A stretch of 64,000 bases of DNA, taken from Bacilli bacterium. GTDB taxonomy: Bacteria > Bacillota_I > Bacilli_A > RFN20 > CAG-826. The stretch spans positions 4,010 to 68,009 of the forward strand of contig JAKSUL010000004.1 of assembly GCA_024409055.1 (NCBI GenBank). Reading direction: 5' to 3'. How positions within the stretch are numbered: the stretch's first letter is position 1; each line of letters starts with the position of its first letter. The position numbers were made by a program, and so were the translations under genes. Shown here piece by piece: positions 35,046 through 44,831 of this stretch. The notes beneath the pieces were generated by a model. The model worked only from the letters and a program-made list of their open reading frames with translations, searched no databases and was not told the DNA's origin.

Positions 35046-38000
35046 ATGTTTAAGAAATCAATTCTAGGCATCGCCGCGTTGTCGCTCATAGCGGTATCTT
35101 TGATTATTCCGGGAGTAAAAGGCCTCTCGGCCGAAGAAGGAGTGGAATACGTCATTCTCGATGATTCTACATTCGCCGACTCCTATGATTTTGGATACTT
35201 GCTCGAAGCTCCGTCCATTGAAAAGCTCTACTTTGAAAAGGATGGGGTGATGAATAAGGTCACCTATGGAGAAGTCACTTTGCCGAATGGTGTGACTAGG
35301 GTTCCGGGTAAATTCTCTTTGGATATCCCTGGACAATACAAGGTCGCGTATTATGCAAAAGGCGGCGCTTCATTTAAAAAAGAATTCGTCGTTCGCAAAA
35401 CCGTATATGAAAACGGCAATGGCGTGACTTCTTATTTTGAGAACTCTATGCCTGTTTCCGCGAAGAAGGGCATCGCCGTCAACCTCGTCAGCGGATCTTC
35501 ATTCAAGATCAATAAAGTGGTGGACATCCATTCCTTTAAGAACGGATTGGTCGACGTAGTTAATTACTATCCTATTTTCAGGAAGACTAAAGACCAAATT
35601 CCGGCCGCTTCTTTCTGCACAGTTAAATTGGTCGACGCTTATAACCCAGACCATTTCCTCGAGTTCTACACTTGGTGCGATAAATCAGCCATTCCTTACT
35701 ATGCTGGCGTTGGCTCCAGTGAGCAGAATTTCACCGGCCTAGAATATAACCCGAATCGCCCCGACAAGATCAACTGCGTTTATGAAGGCGTTTCTTATAA
35801 CAAACACGTCACCACCCGTTACCAAGTCGTTGACGCTTATGGTGTTTGGGGTGGCATGATGGATGAAGCGACCCTAATTAGAGAAAACGGCGTTTCCTAT
35901 TCTTGGGATCTTAATGACAACAAGACATATTTCATCGGAAAAGATACCAACAAATTGATCACCGACCTTGACGCTCCTGAAGTTTACGATAGCAACCCTC
36001 TCGACGTTGAAAGCTTCTTCACGACCGGCGAAGTGTATGCTCAGTTTGAATGCTTCGGCTTCAATTCCGGATCCATGGATATCGAAATCGTTTCCGTTTT
36101 GGGGATGAAGGGCGATGAACTCAAAGACGCGATCGTCTATGACGAAAAAGCCCCGACCATCAAAACTGACTTCATGGAAGAAGGAAAAGAATCCGTTACC
36201 GTTTCCAAAGACGAAAAGTTCTATATCCCAAGTGACGTCACCGTCCTCGACTATAACTACTATGGAGATTTAAAGACCAACGTATACCTTAATTATGGGC
36301 AGCCCGATCAATCCTCTGTCTATAGTTCCGATTACTTCGTTCCGACCGTTTTAGGAAATTATTCGCTTGTTTATACAGCTCGTGACAGTTTTGGCAACGT
36401 CTCGAAGAAAGTCGTTAGCTTAAACTGCGTTGACAAGAAGCCGTTCACCTTCGAAGAGAAGAAAGTGGCTAAGCTCGACGCGGCTGCTCCAAACGACATT
36501 CCATTCCTTGAAGTTGCTGGTCATAATGGCGACGTTTCTATCAAGGCATACGCAATCGATCCGAAAGGCGAAGTGACGCCTCTAGGCTTAAACGAAAGCA
36601 AGACCGCCTATTCTTTTGTCCCGCTTTATACGGGCGAATATGAGATTTCGTATGAAATATCCGATGCCTTCTATTCGACCTCTTATAGCTACAAGGTTAA
36701 TTCCGAAGATATCGGTAACGTCTACTTCGCCAAGGCCCCGGCCGTCTATCCTTATTACATTAAAGGTGCTTCATATTCCTTGAATGACTTTGTCGGCGTG
36801 AAAGCGACCGCGAATGGACCGGTCGAAGTTAAAACGACCCCCAGCGTCTCTTTCGATGGCGGTGCTTTTAGCGTCGTCTCCAATCCAAGGAAGATTGATA
36901 TCACTGGCTCGTCCTCCGTTAAATTCAAATTCTCCGCCGGAGGAGTCGAATACACGAGCGACGAGATAAAGATCCTTGATTTGAAATTCGGAAAACGCAG
37001 CGTTGAGAGGAATTACGTTGATTACTTCCAAGGAAATTTTGAAGCCAAATCCGAAGAGCTCTCGAGCCTCCGTTATGAATTCGGCGCCTCTGGAAACATG
37101 ACGTTTGCCAATGTCATATCTTTCTCCAACTTTGCTTTCAATTTTGATTTCGAAGCCTCTAACGCAAATTCGATCGAAGTTGTTCTTTCCGATTACCAAG
37201 ATAGAGGAAACTACATTTCTGTTTTCATCGAGAAGATGACATCCTTGACCTTTAAGGCCACGATTGTTCAAAACGATGGAAAATTCGAAACCAAACAAAG
37301 CGGATATTTCAATTTGTCCGGATCCAGCGAATCCATCAACATTTTGGTCCAAAGCGGCAAGCTCTTTGTTAACGACTATGTTTCGATGGAAGTCGAGCAT
37401 AACTTCGAGCTTTCGCGCTTGGACGTTATGACAAACGGCGCGACCGCTATCGACGTTAAAAAAATAAATAACCAAAACGTCTTGAAGGCCGCGAAGATGA
37501 TCGAGACTGGTCCTCAATCTTATTACGATAAGAAAACGGGATCGTTTGAAATCGGAAGCGACTATTCCGCCGCCCCATGCGTCGCCTCTAGCGTCTTGTC
37601 TCCGGTTCTTGCCGACGACATCAGACTTACCATCACCGATTCTAGTGGCGAAGTTGTTACCTCTCTTGACGGAATCCGCTTAGATTCGGTTCTTGCCGAT
37701 CGCCAATACGATATCAACCTCGCCAAATGCGGACAGTACCGTGTTAATTACGTAGTGTCCTGCGAAGGATCTTCGAGGTCTGGCGGAGAAAAGATCGTCA
37801 ATGATAAAGACTATTACATCGTTAATGTTGATGATACGGTTCCGCCGGTTGTTACGTTTGCGGATCGTTCTACCCTTGAAGTCGAGGTCCATAGCGTAGT
37901 TCGCATTAGGTCCTTCACGGTTAGCGACAACAATTCCGACCCAAGCAAAATCAAAACATACGTCGTGATTGAAGACTATAACGGCACGATTTCCGAATCC

Positions 38001-38123
38001 GGTTTCAATGTCGGCGAAACATACGCTTTCCATAAAGTCGGAACCTTCAAGGTCAGCGTATACGCATACGATGAATACGGTAACTGGAGCAGCGACTCCT
38101 ATACCGTGATTGTGAGGGCATAG
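35046..38123 (+). CDS. large secreted protein of unknown function (1025 aa)
   Basis: N-terminal signal/anchor MFKKSILGIAALSLIAVSLIIPGVKG. Beta-rich composition. Tightly packed between the permease gene and the lipoprotein gene. No domain recognised. Confidence 0.6.
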   Translation: MFKKSILGIAALSLIAVSLIIPGVKGLSAEEGVEYVILDDSTFADSYDFGYLLEAPSIEKLYFEKDGVMNKVTYGEVTLPNGVTRVPGKFSLDIPGQYKVAYYAKGGASFKKEFVVRKTVYENGNGVTSYFENSMPVSAKKGIAVNLVSGSSFKINKVVDIHSFKNGLVDVVNYYPIFRKTKDQIPAASFCTVKLVDAYNPDHFLEFYTWCDKSAIPYYAGVGSSEQNFTGLEYNPNRPDKINCVYEGVSYNKHVTTRYQVVDAYGVWGGMMDEATLIRENGVSYSWDLNDNKTYFIGKDTNKLITDLDAPEVYDSNPLDVESFFTTGEVYAQFECFGFNSGSMDIEIVSVLGMKGDELKDAIVYDEKAPTIKTDFMEEGKESVTVSKDEKFYIPSDVTVLDYNYYGDLKTNVYLNYGQPDQSSVYSSDYFVPTVLGNYSLVYTARDSFGNVSKKVVSLNCVDKKPFTFEEKKVAKLDAAAPNDIPFLEVAGHNGDVSIKAYAIDPKGEVTPLGLNESKTAYSFVPLYTGEYEISYEISDAFYSTSYSYKVNSEDIGNVYFAKAPAVYPYYIKGASYSLNDFVGVKATANGPVEVKTTPSVSFDGGAFSVVSNPRKIDITGSSSVKFKFSAGGVEYTSDEIKILDLKFGKRSVERNYVDYFQGNFEAKSEELSSLRYEFGASGNMTFANVISFSNFAFNFDFEASNANSIEVVLSDYQDRGNYISVFIEKMTSLTFKATIVQNDGKFETKQSGYFNLSGSSESINILVQSGKLFVNDYVSMEVEHNFELSRLDVMTNGATAIDVKKINNQNVLKAAKMIETGPQSYYDKKTGSFEIGSDYSAAPCVASSVLSPVLADDIRLTITDSSGEVVTSLDGIRLDSVLADRQYDINLAKCGQYRVNYVVSCEGSSRSGGEKIVNDKDYYIVNVDDTVPPVVTFADRSTLEVEVHSVVRIRSFTVSDNNSDPSKIKTYVVIEDYNGTISESGFNVGETYAFHKVGTFKVSVYAYDEYGNWSSDSYTVIVRA

Positions 38124-38125
38124 TT

Positions 38126-40129
38126 ATGAAGAAGAACACACTATTCTTGTTATTGCTATCCGCCTTGATGGTTGGATGCTCTGGCCCGCAAAGCGGTGGG
38201 GATGTCATCGGTAAAGAAGATGACATTGCCCGTTATCCTTTTGAAGGCGTCCATGATTTCGACGTTAAAGAGACCGAAGATTACATCGTCAAAAATAACG
38301 TCACCGATTACAAACTTCTTCTTCCGAACGCGGTCGATTCATATTTGACCACAGCCAAGGAAGAGTTTGTCGCCCTCTTTAAAAAAGCCACAGGCATTAC
38401 CATTGATGTCGTCAATGAAACGGCTGCTGGAATGGAGCATGACGCTCTTGGAAAATACATCTCCATTGGCGATACTCATATGTTCTCCACGAGCGGGCTC
38501 TCTTTTGACAAGGAAGCTTTAGGAACTCAAGCGGTTCGCATCCAAACCAAGGATAAAACCGTTTATCTCAATGGTGGCGATACGCATGGTTGCATTTATG
38601 CCGTCTACGATTTCTTAGAGGCTCTTCTTCACTTCGATACTTATTCGTATGACTGCGTTTATATTGACGAAGTTGAGAACCTCAAGTTCTATGAAATGAA
38701 CATCACGGATATCCCGGATATTCAAATTCGCGCTAACTCCTGGGGCTTTATTAAAGAAAATCCGAACAACGTCGCCACCAGGCTTCGTACCCCGTTTGAC
38801 TTCGCCGATTACATCTTAGCGGTCGCCGATACAGAGGCCGGAGCGACTAGGTCCGCCATCCATAACTCTTTGGACATTATTCCTAGGAACGCGCCGACTT
38901 CTCGTCCGACTTGGTTCTCGGATTCCGGCGATCAGATTTGCTATACGGCCCACGGCAATCCTGAAGATTACCAGGCCTTGGTTGATAGATCGGCCGAAAT
39001 CATTGAGCAGGGATTGGTCGCTTTTGATCCTGTTAACTATCCGATGAAGAATATCGTCACTTTCACAATGGAAGATAACCACGATATCTGCAAATGCGAA
39101 TCCTGCACCGCCAAAACAAAGATGTATGGAGAGCAATCGGGAAATGTCATCTATTTCTGCAATGATTTGATGGCTAAGATTCGCGCTTGGATGGACGACC
39201 CCATCAATGCCAAATACAATCGCCCCGACTTCAAACTCCTCTTCTTTGCCTACAATGACTACGTGAACGCTCCGGCCCATTATGATCCAGAGCTTAAGAA
39301 AAACGTCATCAATCACCCTGATCTTGTGATGAGAGATGATGTCGGCGTTTATTATGCTATCTCCAGCGGAATCAACTACCAGTTGAGCATCTATGACAAG
39401 GAAAACCAAGAAGGTGTCGTCAACTATAAGAAGTGGTGCGATGTCGCTCCTTCTACTTATCTTTGGACCTATAACGCCAACTTCGGTGGTTACCTTTCGC
39501 ACGTTAACTCCACCAACTTCTATAACCCTGACGCATATCAGTTCTTTGCCAGTGGGCATGCCAAACTCCTTTATAACCAAGGCGGATGGAACACCTATAA
39601 CCTCACTGCTTTCCAGATGCTTGCCATTTATCTTGATGCCAAACTCAGCTGGAACAGCAACCTCGATATGAACAAGCTCATCGATGGATGGTTTGAACAT
39701 ATGTTCCTTGATGCCGCTAATGACATGAAGAAGCTTTATGAAGCCGAGAATCTTTATTCTTTGGTTTTGCTTGAACGCGCTGGAAAATTCCGTGGCGGCA
39801 TCATCAACGTCGCCGTTGGAAACCAGGAATTCTGGCCACAGCAAATGCTTATGAAATGGCTTAGCTTTATTGATGATGCTAGAGCGAAAGTCGCCGTCTA
39901 CGAAGAAGTGGATCCGGCCTTATTCAAAACCATCAAAGAACACATCGATCTCGAATGGGTCTCTCCTGCGTATTTCCTGCTTTCTCTATATGGAAAGGAT
40001 TACTTATCCGCCGAGATGTATTACGAGATGGCCAATTACTTCTACTACGAAATCCTTCCGCTGAAGTTCTTCCTCGTTTCCGAAAGAAGCGCGCCGTTAA
40101 GCACTTGGATTTTGACTTTGCTTCAATAG
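38126..40129 (+). CDS. lipoprotein, DUF4838-like (glycoside-hydrolase-like fold suspected)
   Basis: Lipobox LSALMVGC-SGP. The N-terminal segment TKDKTVYLNGGDTHGCIYAVYDFLE and the CKCESC motif resemble my recollection of DUF4838. Tentative. Confidence 0.45.
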   Translation: MKKNTLFLLLLSALMVGCSGPQSGGDVIGKEDDIARYPFEGVHDFDVKETEDYIVKNNVTDYKLLLPNAVDSYLTTAKEEFVALFKKATGITIDVVNETAAGMEHDALGKYISIGDTHMFSTSGLSFDKEALGTQAVRIQTKDKTVYLNGGDTHGCIYAVYDFLEALLHFDTYSYDCVYIDEVENLKFYEMNITDIPDIQIRANSWGFIKENPNNVATRLRTPFDFADYILAVADTEAGATRSAIHNSLDIIPRNAPTSRPTWFSDSGDQICYTAHGNPEDYQALVDRSAEIIEQGLVAFDPVNYPMKNIVTFTMEDNHDICKCESCTAKTKMYGEQSGNVIYFCNDLMAKIRAWMDDPINAKYNRPDFKLLFFAYNDYVNAPAHYDPELKKNVINHPDLVMRDDVGVYYAISSGINYQLSIYDKENQEGVVNYKKWCDVAPSTYLWTYNANFGGYLSHVNSTNFYNPDAYQFFASGHAKLLYNQGGWNTYNLTAFQMLAIYLDAKLSWNSNLDMNKLIDGWFEHMFLDAANDMKKLYEAENLYSLVLLERAGKFRGGIINVAVGNQEFWPQQMLMKWLSFIDDARAKVAVYEEVDPALFKTIKEHIDLEWVSPAYFLLSLYGKDYLSAEMYYEMANYFYYEILPLKFFLVSERSAPLSTWILTLLQ

Positions 40130-40141
40130 GAGGGGACAAAC

Positions 40142-42160
40142 ATGAAAAAGAGAATTCTCAAAACATTATCAGTTAGCTTCCTTCTTTTCTCCTGCGGATT
40201 AGTTTCGGCCTGCTCAAATGGCGGAAACGTGTCTTCGAGTTCGACTGTAGCTCCTGCGTTCGAAGTAAAACTTAACAAATCGGAAATTAAGCTCACTATC
40301 GGTGACAAGAGCCAGCTCGTCGCCACTAATTCCGATGAGTCCGAAGTCAAATACGTCTGGTCTTCTTCCAATTCCAGCGTCGTTACCGTAGATGAATCCG
40401 GAAGGATTGAAGCTATAAGAAACGGCGAGGCCGTCATATCGGCTTCGTATGGTGGCTCAATCGCTACATGCACCGTTTCGGTCACATCAGGCTTACTCGT
40501 TCCTTCTCTTCACTTTGTGAACGAGGTGGAGGCTGTAGAACAAGTCACCAAGGGGTCCACATTGAATCTTCAAACCATGATTAAGTTCAATGGAAAGGAT
40601 TTCTATGATGTTAATGCTTCTTATTTCGTAACAAATCCAGAGGCCGGTTCTATCGAAAACGGAATATTCACGGCCGGTAATAAAGCTAATGTCAGCACCG
40701 ATATCATCGTTAACGCTAGATGGAGAAATTTCGATTCGCCTTCTCTTTCGATGGAAATAAGGGTCGATATCATTTCTTTGAAGAACATTTACTTAAACAA
40801 CGGCGATCTCGGAGATGTAAGTCTCTTCACCGTCGATCATATTGGCTCCGCCGATTACAAAGTGTCGCAAGAAATCACTTCGATTGACGCCGAAGAAGAT
40901 GGCGTTGCCATGCCGATTCAATCGGTTGAGGTCATAGATAACAAATCAAGCGATAATCCTTCTTTGCCGTCTGTTGATTTCGTATACGATGCATCCACAA
41001 AGAAAGGAAGCATCACCTCAATTAGGCAAGGAAGCGCGATCTTGAAGGTCTCTTTCCTCGATTCTTCATCAAACGTCTACTCCAAATCATTCAACATCAC
41101 TGTAAATCTCCCTGTTCTTGAAATCGAAGAATGGGTTCCTTATTTCTCACTCGATGATGGATTGTTCTATGACGAGAGCACCGATTCGATGAAGTCGCTT
41201 GGCTCTCTTTTCCCGGCTGGATCTACCAATATCGTTAAAGCCTATCAAGATGGTAGAGCTTTGACCGTTGATGGAGATAAGGTCTTAGACGTCGGCTCCA
41301 CAAGTTCTACGTCTTTTGGAACCGCTGAGCTTACCGTTTATAACGAAGTCATGGCTATTAAAGTCCGTACTCAAACATATCAAAGAGTCATTGACGAGGT
41401 CTCTGATTTCACCAACTTCTATAGTGCGGACACCAAAGGGGCCGAGGTTACTGGATACTTTGTGGTTGTCAAAGACTTGGTCGACAAAACAAACCATTTG
41501 GCGATGCCTGCTGGCAAATATCCGTCCACGTTTGCCGGAACATTAGAAGGACTCGGACACAAGGTCAGCGTTTATCTTGACCATGCCGCGCCTGGTGATG
41601 AATGGGGATTATTTGGAAACTCGTTCAAAGGAACAATAAAGAATATCGCTTTCGCCGATTGCGAAATGCAGGCTGCTTTCGCTGGGCTCATCGCCCATCA
41701 CTGCGACGGTGGCGCCACCATTAAGGATGTTTATCTCAATAATACCGTCCATAGTACCTCTTCCACTCCGGCCTTTGGCGTTTTCTATAGCACCTATGGC
41801 TTCTTAAAAATCTCTCAATCGATCATTCACGTCCCGGCTACCATGGAGTCGAATTACAATCATGGTGCTTTCGGAATCCATAAGCTTGCGACAGGAAGCG
41901 GAAACTTCTACATCGTGAGTCCGAAGAGCAATGGCATAGGCCAAACTGATAGATTCAAGAACTATATCTATCAAACCGAAGCTGACGCAGATACCGAATT
42001 CGCCGGAACTAAGTTTGTTATGTACCCGAGCGCTTTGTGGTATCCAAGGTTCGCAGAGATGGATGAAGCCAAAAATGACTACTCCACCTTCAATCCGGAT
42101 GTATGGAATTTCGAGAGCGGAGTCCCAGTTTTTAAAGGCCTTAATTACTATTCCAAATAA
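40142..42160 (+). CDS. surface lipoprotein with Big_2 Ig-like domain and beta-helix-like C-terminal region
   Basis: Lipobox (LLFSC or VSAC). Clear Big_2 domain (KLTIGDKSQLVAT...VVTVDESGRIEAIRNGEAVISASYGG..ATCTVSV). The C-terminal FAGTLEGLGHKV..WGLFGNSFKGTIKNIAF pattern is typical of GLUG-like beta-helix surface proteins. Confidence 0.65.
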   Translation: MKKRILKTLSVSFLLFSCGLVSACSNGGNVSSSSTVAPAFEVKLNKSEIKLTIGDKSQLVATNSDESEVKYVWSSSNSSVVTVDESGRIEAIRNGEAVISASYGGSIATCTVSVTSGLLVPSLHFVNEVEAVEQVTKGSTLNLQTMIKFNGKDFYDVNASYFVTNPEAGSIENGIFTAGNKANVSTDIIVNARWRNFDSPSLSMEIRVDIISLKNIYLNNGDLGDVSLFTVDHIGSADYKVSQEITSIDAEEDGVAMPIQSVEVIDNKSSDNPSLPSVDFVYDASTKKGSITSIRQGSAILKVSFLDSSSNVYSKSFNITVNLPVLEIEEWVPYFSLDDGLFYDESTDSMKSLGSLFPAGSTNIVKAYQDGRALTVDGDKVLDVGSTSSTSFGTAELTVYNEVMAIKVRTQTYQRVIDEVSDFTNFYSADTKGAEVTGYFVVVKDLVDKTNHLAMPAGKYPSTFAGTLEGLGHKVSVYLDHAAPGDEWGLFGNSFKGTIKNIAFADCEMQAAFAGLIAHHCDGGATIKDVYLNNTVHSTSSTPAFGVFYSTYGFLKISQSIIHVPATMESNYNHGAFGIHKLATGSGNFYIVSPKSNGIGQTDRFKNYIYQTEADADTEFAGTKFVMYPSALWYPRFAEMDEAKNDYSTFNPDVWNFESGVPVFKGLNYYSK

Positions 42161-42173
42161 TTTTGGAGGGAAT

Positions 42174-43463
42174 ATGAAAAAACTCAAAGCTGCGGTTATT
42201 GGTCTTGGCAACCGCGGAAAAATATATGCCAACTATTCAAACTTAGAGCCAGAAGAACTTGAGATTGTCGCTCTTGTTGAGCCAAATAAATTTAGGCTTA
42301 AAACCGCCGCGGAAGAATTTCATGTCGACAAAAAGAATTGTTTCACTTCTATTGCTTCTTTCTTAAAAGCCAATATTGAGTGCGATTTCGTCATCAACGC
42401 GACGATGGATCAAATCCATTTAAAAACGACTCTCCCCCTTTTAAAAGCTGGATATAACCTCCTTCTTGAAAAACCAATCGTCGAAACCGAAGCCAAGCTT
42501 AAGAAGATAGTTTTAACCGCTAGAGAAAACGGCTGCAAAATTTGCGTATGCCACGTTCTTAGATACACGCCGTTCTATTCGAAGATTAAGGAAATCATCG
42601 ATTCCGGTTCCATTGGAACGATTTGTGAGCTTGAGCTTCACGAATATGTTTGGAACGTCCACATGGTCAATTCGTACGTCCGCGGCAAGTGGAGAAACGA
42701 AGAGGAGTGCGGATCTCCGTTCCTCTTGGCTAAATCCTGCCACGACATGGATTTGATGTGTTGGCTTAATAATGCCACCACGCCGGTTAAGGTTTCTTCT
42801 TTCGGATCTAGAAGAATGTATTGCCCGGAGAACGCCCCTGAGGGTGCCACTCAGTATTGCCATGAGTGCCCGGTGAAAGATAAATGCCTTTATAACGCCG
42901 CTATTTTTGAAGCGGTCAAAGACTGGTTCCCAAAATACACTTGGAAGAATATTGATAAGCCTTATAAAGACATCACCATGGAAGAAAAGCTTGAATATCT
43001 TAAGCACGACATCATGGGTCAATGCGTTTACAAGACCGATATGGATATCGTTGACCGTCAGTGCGTCAACGTTGAGTTTGCTAATGGATCCGTCGGATCC
43101 TTTAACCTTGTTGGCGGGGCCACGAAGATCAGCCGCCACATTCACATTGTCGGTACATTAGGAGAAATCGTTGGTGAGCTCGGTGAAAACAAATTCACGG
43201 TCCGTCATACAGATCCGAAGATAATTGAACCAATTGACGAGGTTATCGATTTCAATATTGTCCATAATGACGGTGATCCCGCCATCGACTCTCACTTCGG
43301 CGGAGACTATGGAATTATGCATAACGTGTGTGCTTATTTCCGTGGCGATAAGACGACTTCTTCTTTGACGAAGATTGAAGATTCAATTAATTCGCACCTT
43401 GTTTGCTATGCTGCCGAAAAATCTAGGAAGACCGAAAAGATAGTCCGCGTTCCTAAGTTCTGA
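42174..43463 (+). CDS. Gfo/Idh/MocA family oxidoreductase
   Basis: GGAGGG RBS and ATG at 42174. KAAVIGLGNRGKIYA Rossmann motif, LEKP motif, and a KSCHDMDLMCW-type C-terminal domain. Confidence 0.85.
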   Translation: MKKLKAAVIGLGNRGKIYANYSNLEPEELEIVALVEPNKFRLKTAAEEFHVDKKNCFTSIASFLKANIECDFVINATMDQIHLKTTLPLLKAGYNLLLEKPIVETEAKLKKIVLTARENGCKICVCHVLRYTPFYSKIKEIIDSGSIGTICELELHEYVWNVHMVNSYVRGKWRNEEECGSPFLLAKSCHDMDLMCWLNNATTPVKVSSFGSRRMYCPENAPEGATQYCHECPVKDKCLYNAAIFEAVKDWFPKYTWKNIDKPYKDITMEEKLEYLKHDIMGQCVYKTDMDIVDRQCVNVEFANGSVGSFNLVGGATKISRHIHIVGTLGEIVGELGENKFTVRHTDPKIIEPIDEVIDFNIVHNDGDPAIDSHFGGDYGIMHNVCAYFRGDKTTSSLTKIEDSINSHLVCYAAEKSRKTEKIVRVPKF

Positions 43464-43465
43464 TT

Positions 43466-44818
43466 ATGAAGAAAAACCCCTTTCTTATCGTTTCGTCCGT
43501 CGTTAGCCTTCTTTTGGTTGGCTGCGGTGGCGAAACAAAGGGCAAATGCATTGATGGCGGCGACCATGCGTATGTTCACCATGAAGCGGTGACGTACGAA
43601 GAGAAAAACGGCACCGCTGAATACTATTCATGTTCGAAGTGCGAGCATCTTTTTGATGTTAGCTATAAAGAAGTCGACAAAGTGCCGGTCGCTCCTCCGA
43701 ATAGAAAGATAATTCTTCCCTATAAAATGGAGGGAGAAAGACAGGAGACCATAGATAACACAGTCATTGGTTATTTATCTTGTCGCAACGAAGAGGAAGC
43801 CGCTGGATACCTATATACAAATAGGGGAAGAACGGAATGCTCAACCAAGTCTGTCATGATTTCATGGAGAAATAGCGGGTCAAGCGGATCGTATAAAGTT
43901 CAGCTTTCTAAAGATTCGTCGTTTTCGAAAATCGATTTAGAAAGAGCGACCACGTCTACCTCTATTTCCTTGTCGAATTTAGAACCATCCACCTATTACT
44001 ACAAAGTGGTGGACACTAAAGGAAATGAATCGTTGGTGGATTATTTCACGATGAATCCGCTAAGAACCATCAAATCCACAAATGGTGGCGTCGTGAATAT
44101 GCGAGACCTTGGCGGTTGGGAAACGACGACAGGGGATAAGATTAGGTATGGAAAACTCTATAGGTCGGCCCTTCCTTCTACGGCCGACGTCCCTCTCTTT
44201 AATGAATTAGGGATAAAGACGGAAATTGACCTCCGTATTAAAGGCGGTTCCGCAGATCAAATCGGAGACTTTAATGGAATTAGCCCGAATATCAATTACG
44301 TTATAGCTCTTGGGGAGGGTGAACGTTATTGGCCTCAATACGACATGATTTTGGAGGACCAATACAAATCGTATTCAAAAGGGTATTTCGACAAGATATT
44401 CACCTTGATGTCCGACGAAGCCAATTATCCGATTAACTTCCATTGCAAAAGCGGGGCTGATAGAACCGGAACGCTTGCCTACCTCATAAACGGGCTTTGT
44501 GGCGTTTCTTATGAAAACCTTACGAAAGATTTCGAATTGACCTCGTTTTATAAATCTCCTCGTTGGAGGAGCGATATCCAGGGAGACGGGGCCACATATT
44601 GGTTCACTGATACTGGAATGATGGCGACTGGCGACAATGTCCATTGGGGCAAGTTCCATAAAGAAATTATGGAAAAATACGGAGACTCATCTAAACTAGT
44701 CTCAAAGGCGATCCTCAATTATTTGACCTCATATTGCGAGGTTGATGAGATGAAGATCAAAAAATCATTGTCTATTCTCCTTGAAGGAGAGGCTTACTTG
44801 GATTTATTTGCCAAGTAG
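43466..44818 (+). CDS. lipoprotein with Fn3-like domain and C-terminal Cys-based (CX5R) phosphatase domain
   Basis: Lipobox SLLLVGC-GGE. Fn3-like segment (SYKVQLSKDSSFS...YYYKV). P-loop FHCKSGADRTGT at 44438-44473, typical of tyrosine/dual-specificity-type (Y_phosphatase3-like) phosphatases. Confidence 0.7.
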   Translation: MKKNPFLIVSSVVSLLLVGCGGETKGKCIDGGDHAYVHHEAVTYEEKNGTAEYYSCSKCEHLFDVSYKEVDKVPVAPPNRKIILPYKMEGERQETIDNTVIGYLSCRNEEEAAGYLYTNRGRTECSTKSVMISWRNSGSSGSYKVQLSKDSSFSKIDLERATTSTSISLSNLEPSTYYYKVVDTKGNESLVDYFTMNPLRTIKSTNGGVVNMRDLGGWETTTGDKIRYGKLYRSALPSTADVPLFNELGIKTEIDLRIKGGSADQIGDFNGISPNINYVIALGEGERYWPQYDMILEDQYKSYSKGYFDKIFTLMSDEANYPINFHCKSGADRTGTLAYLINGLCGVSYENLTKDFELTSFYKSPRWRSDIQGDGATYWFTDTGMMATGDNVHWGKFHKEIMEKYGDSSKLVSKAILNYLTSYCEVDEMKIKKSLSILLEGEAYLDLFAK

Positions 44819-44831
44819 AGAAAGGATTCAT

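Noticed and set aside
38816-39844. 342-aa ORF antisense to the DUF4838-like lipoprotein gene; likewise 31388..32104, 36771..37517, 42513..43145 and 45981..46469
   Set aside because: All are antisense to long, tightly packed operon genes with recognisable signal peptides or domains. None has an RBS, and their composition matches shadow ORFs.
42015-42173. N-terminal extension of the Gfo/Idh/MocA ORF given in the track (start 42015)
   Set aside because: The extension overlaps the 3' end of the preceding lipoprotein gene by about 145 nt. A GGAGGG RBS plus the ATG at 42174 sits directly before the Rossmann motif.
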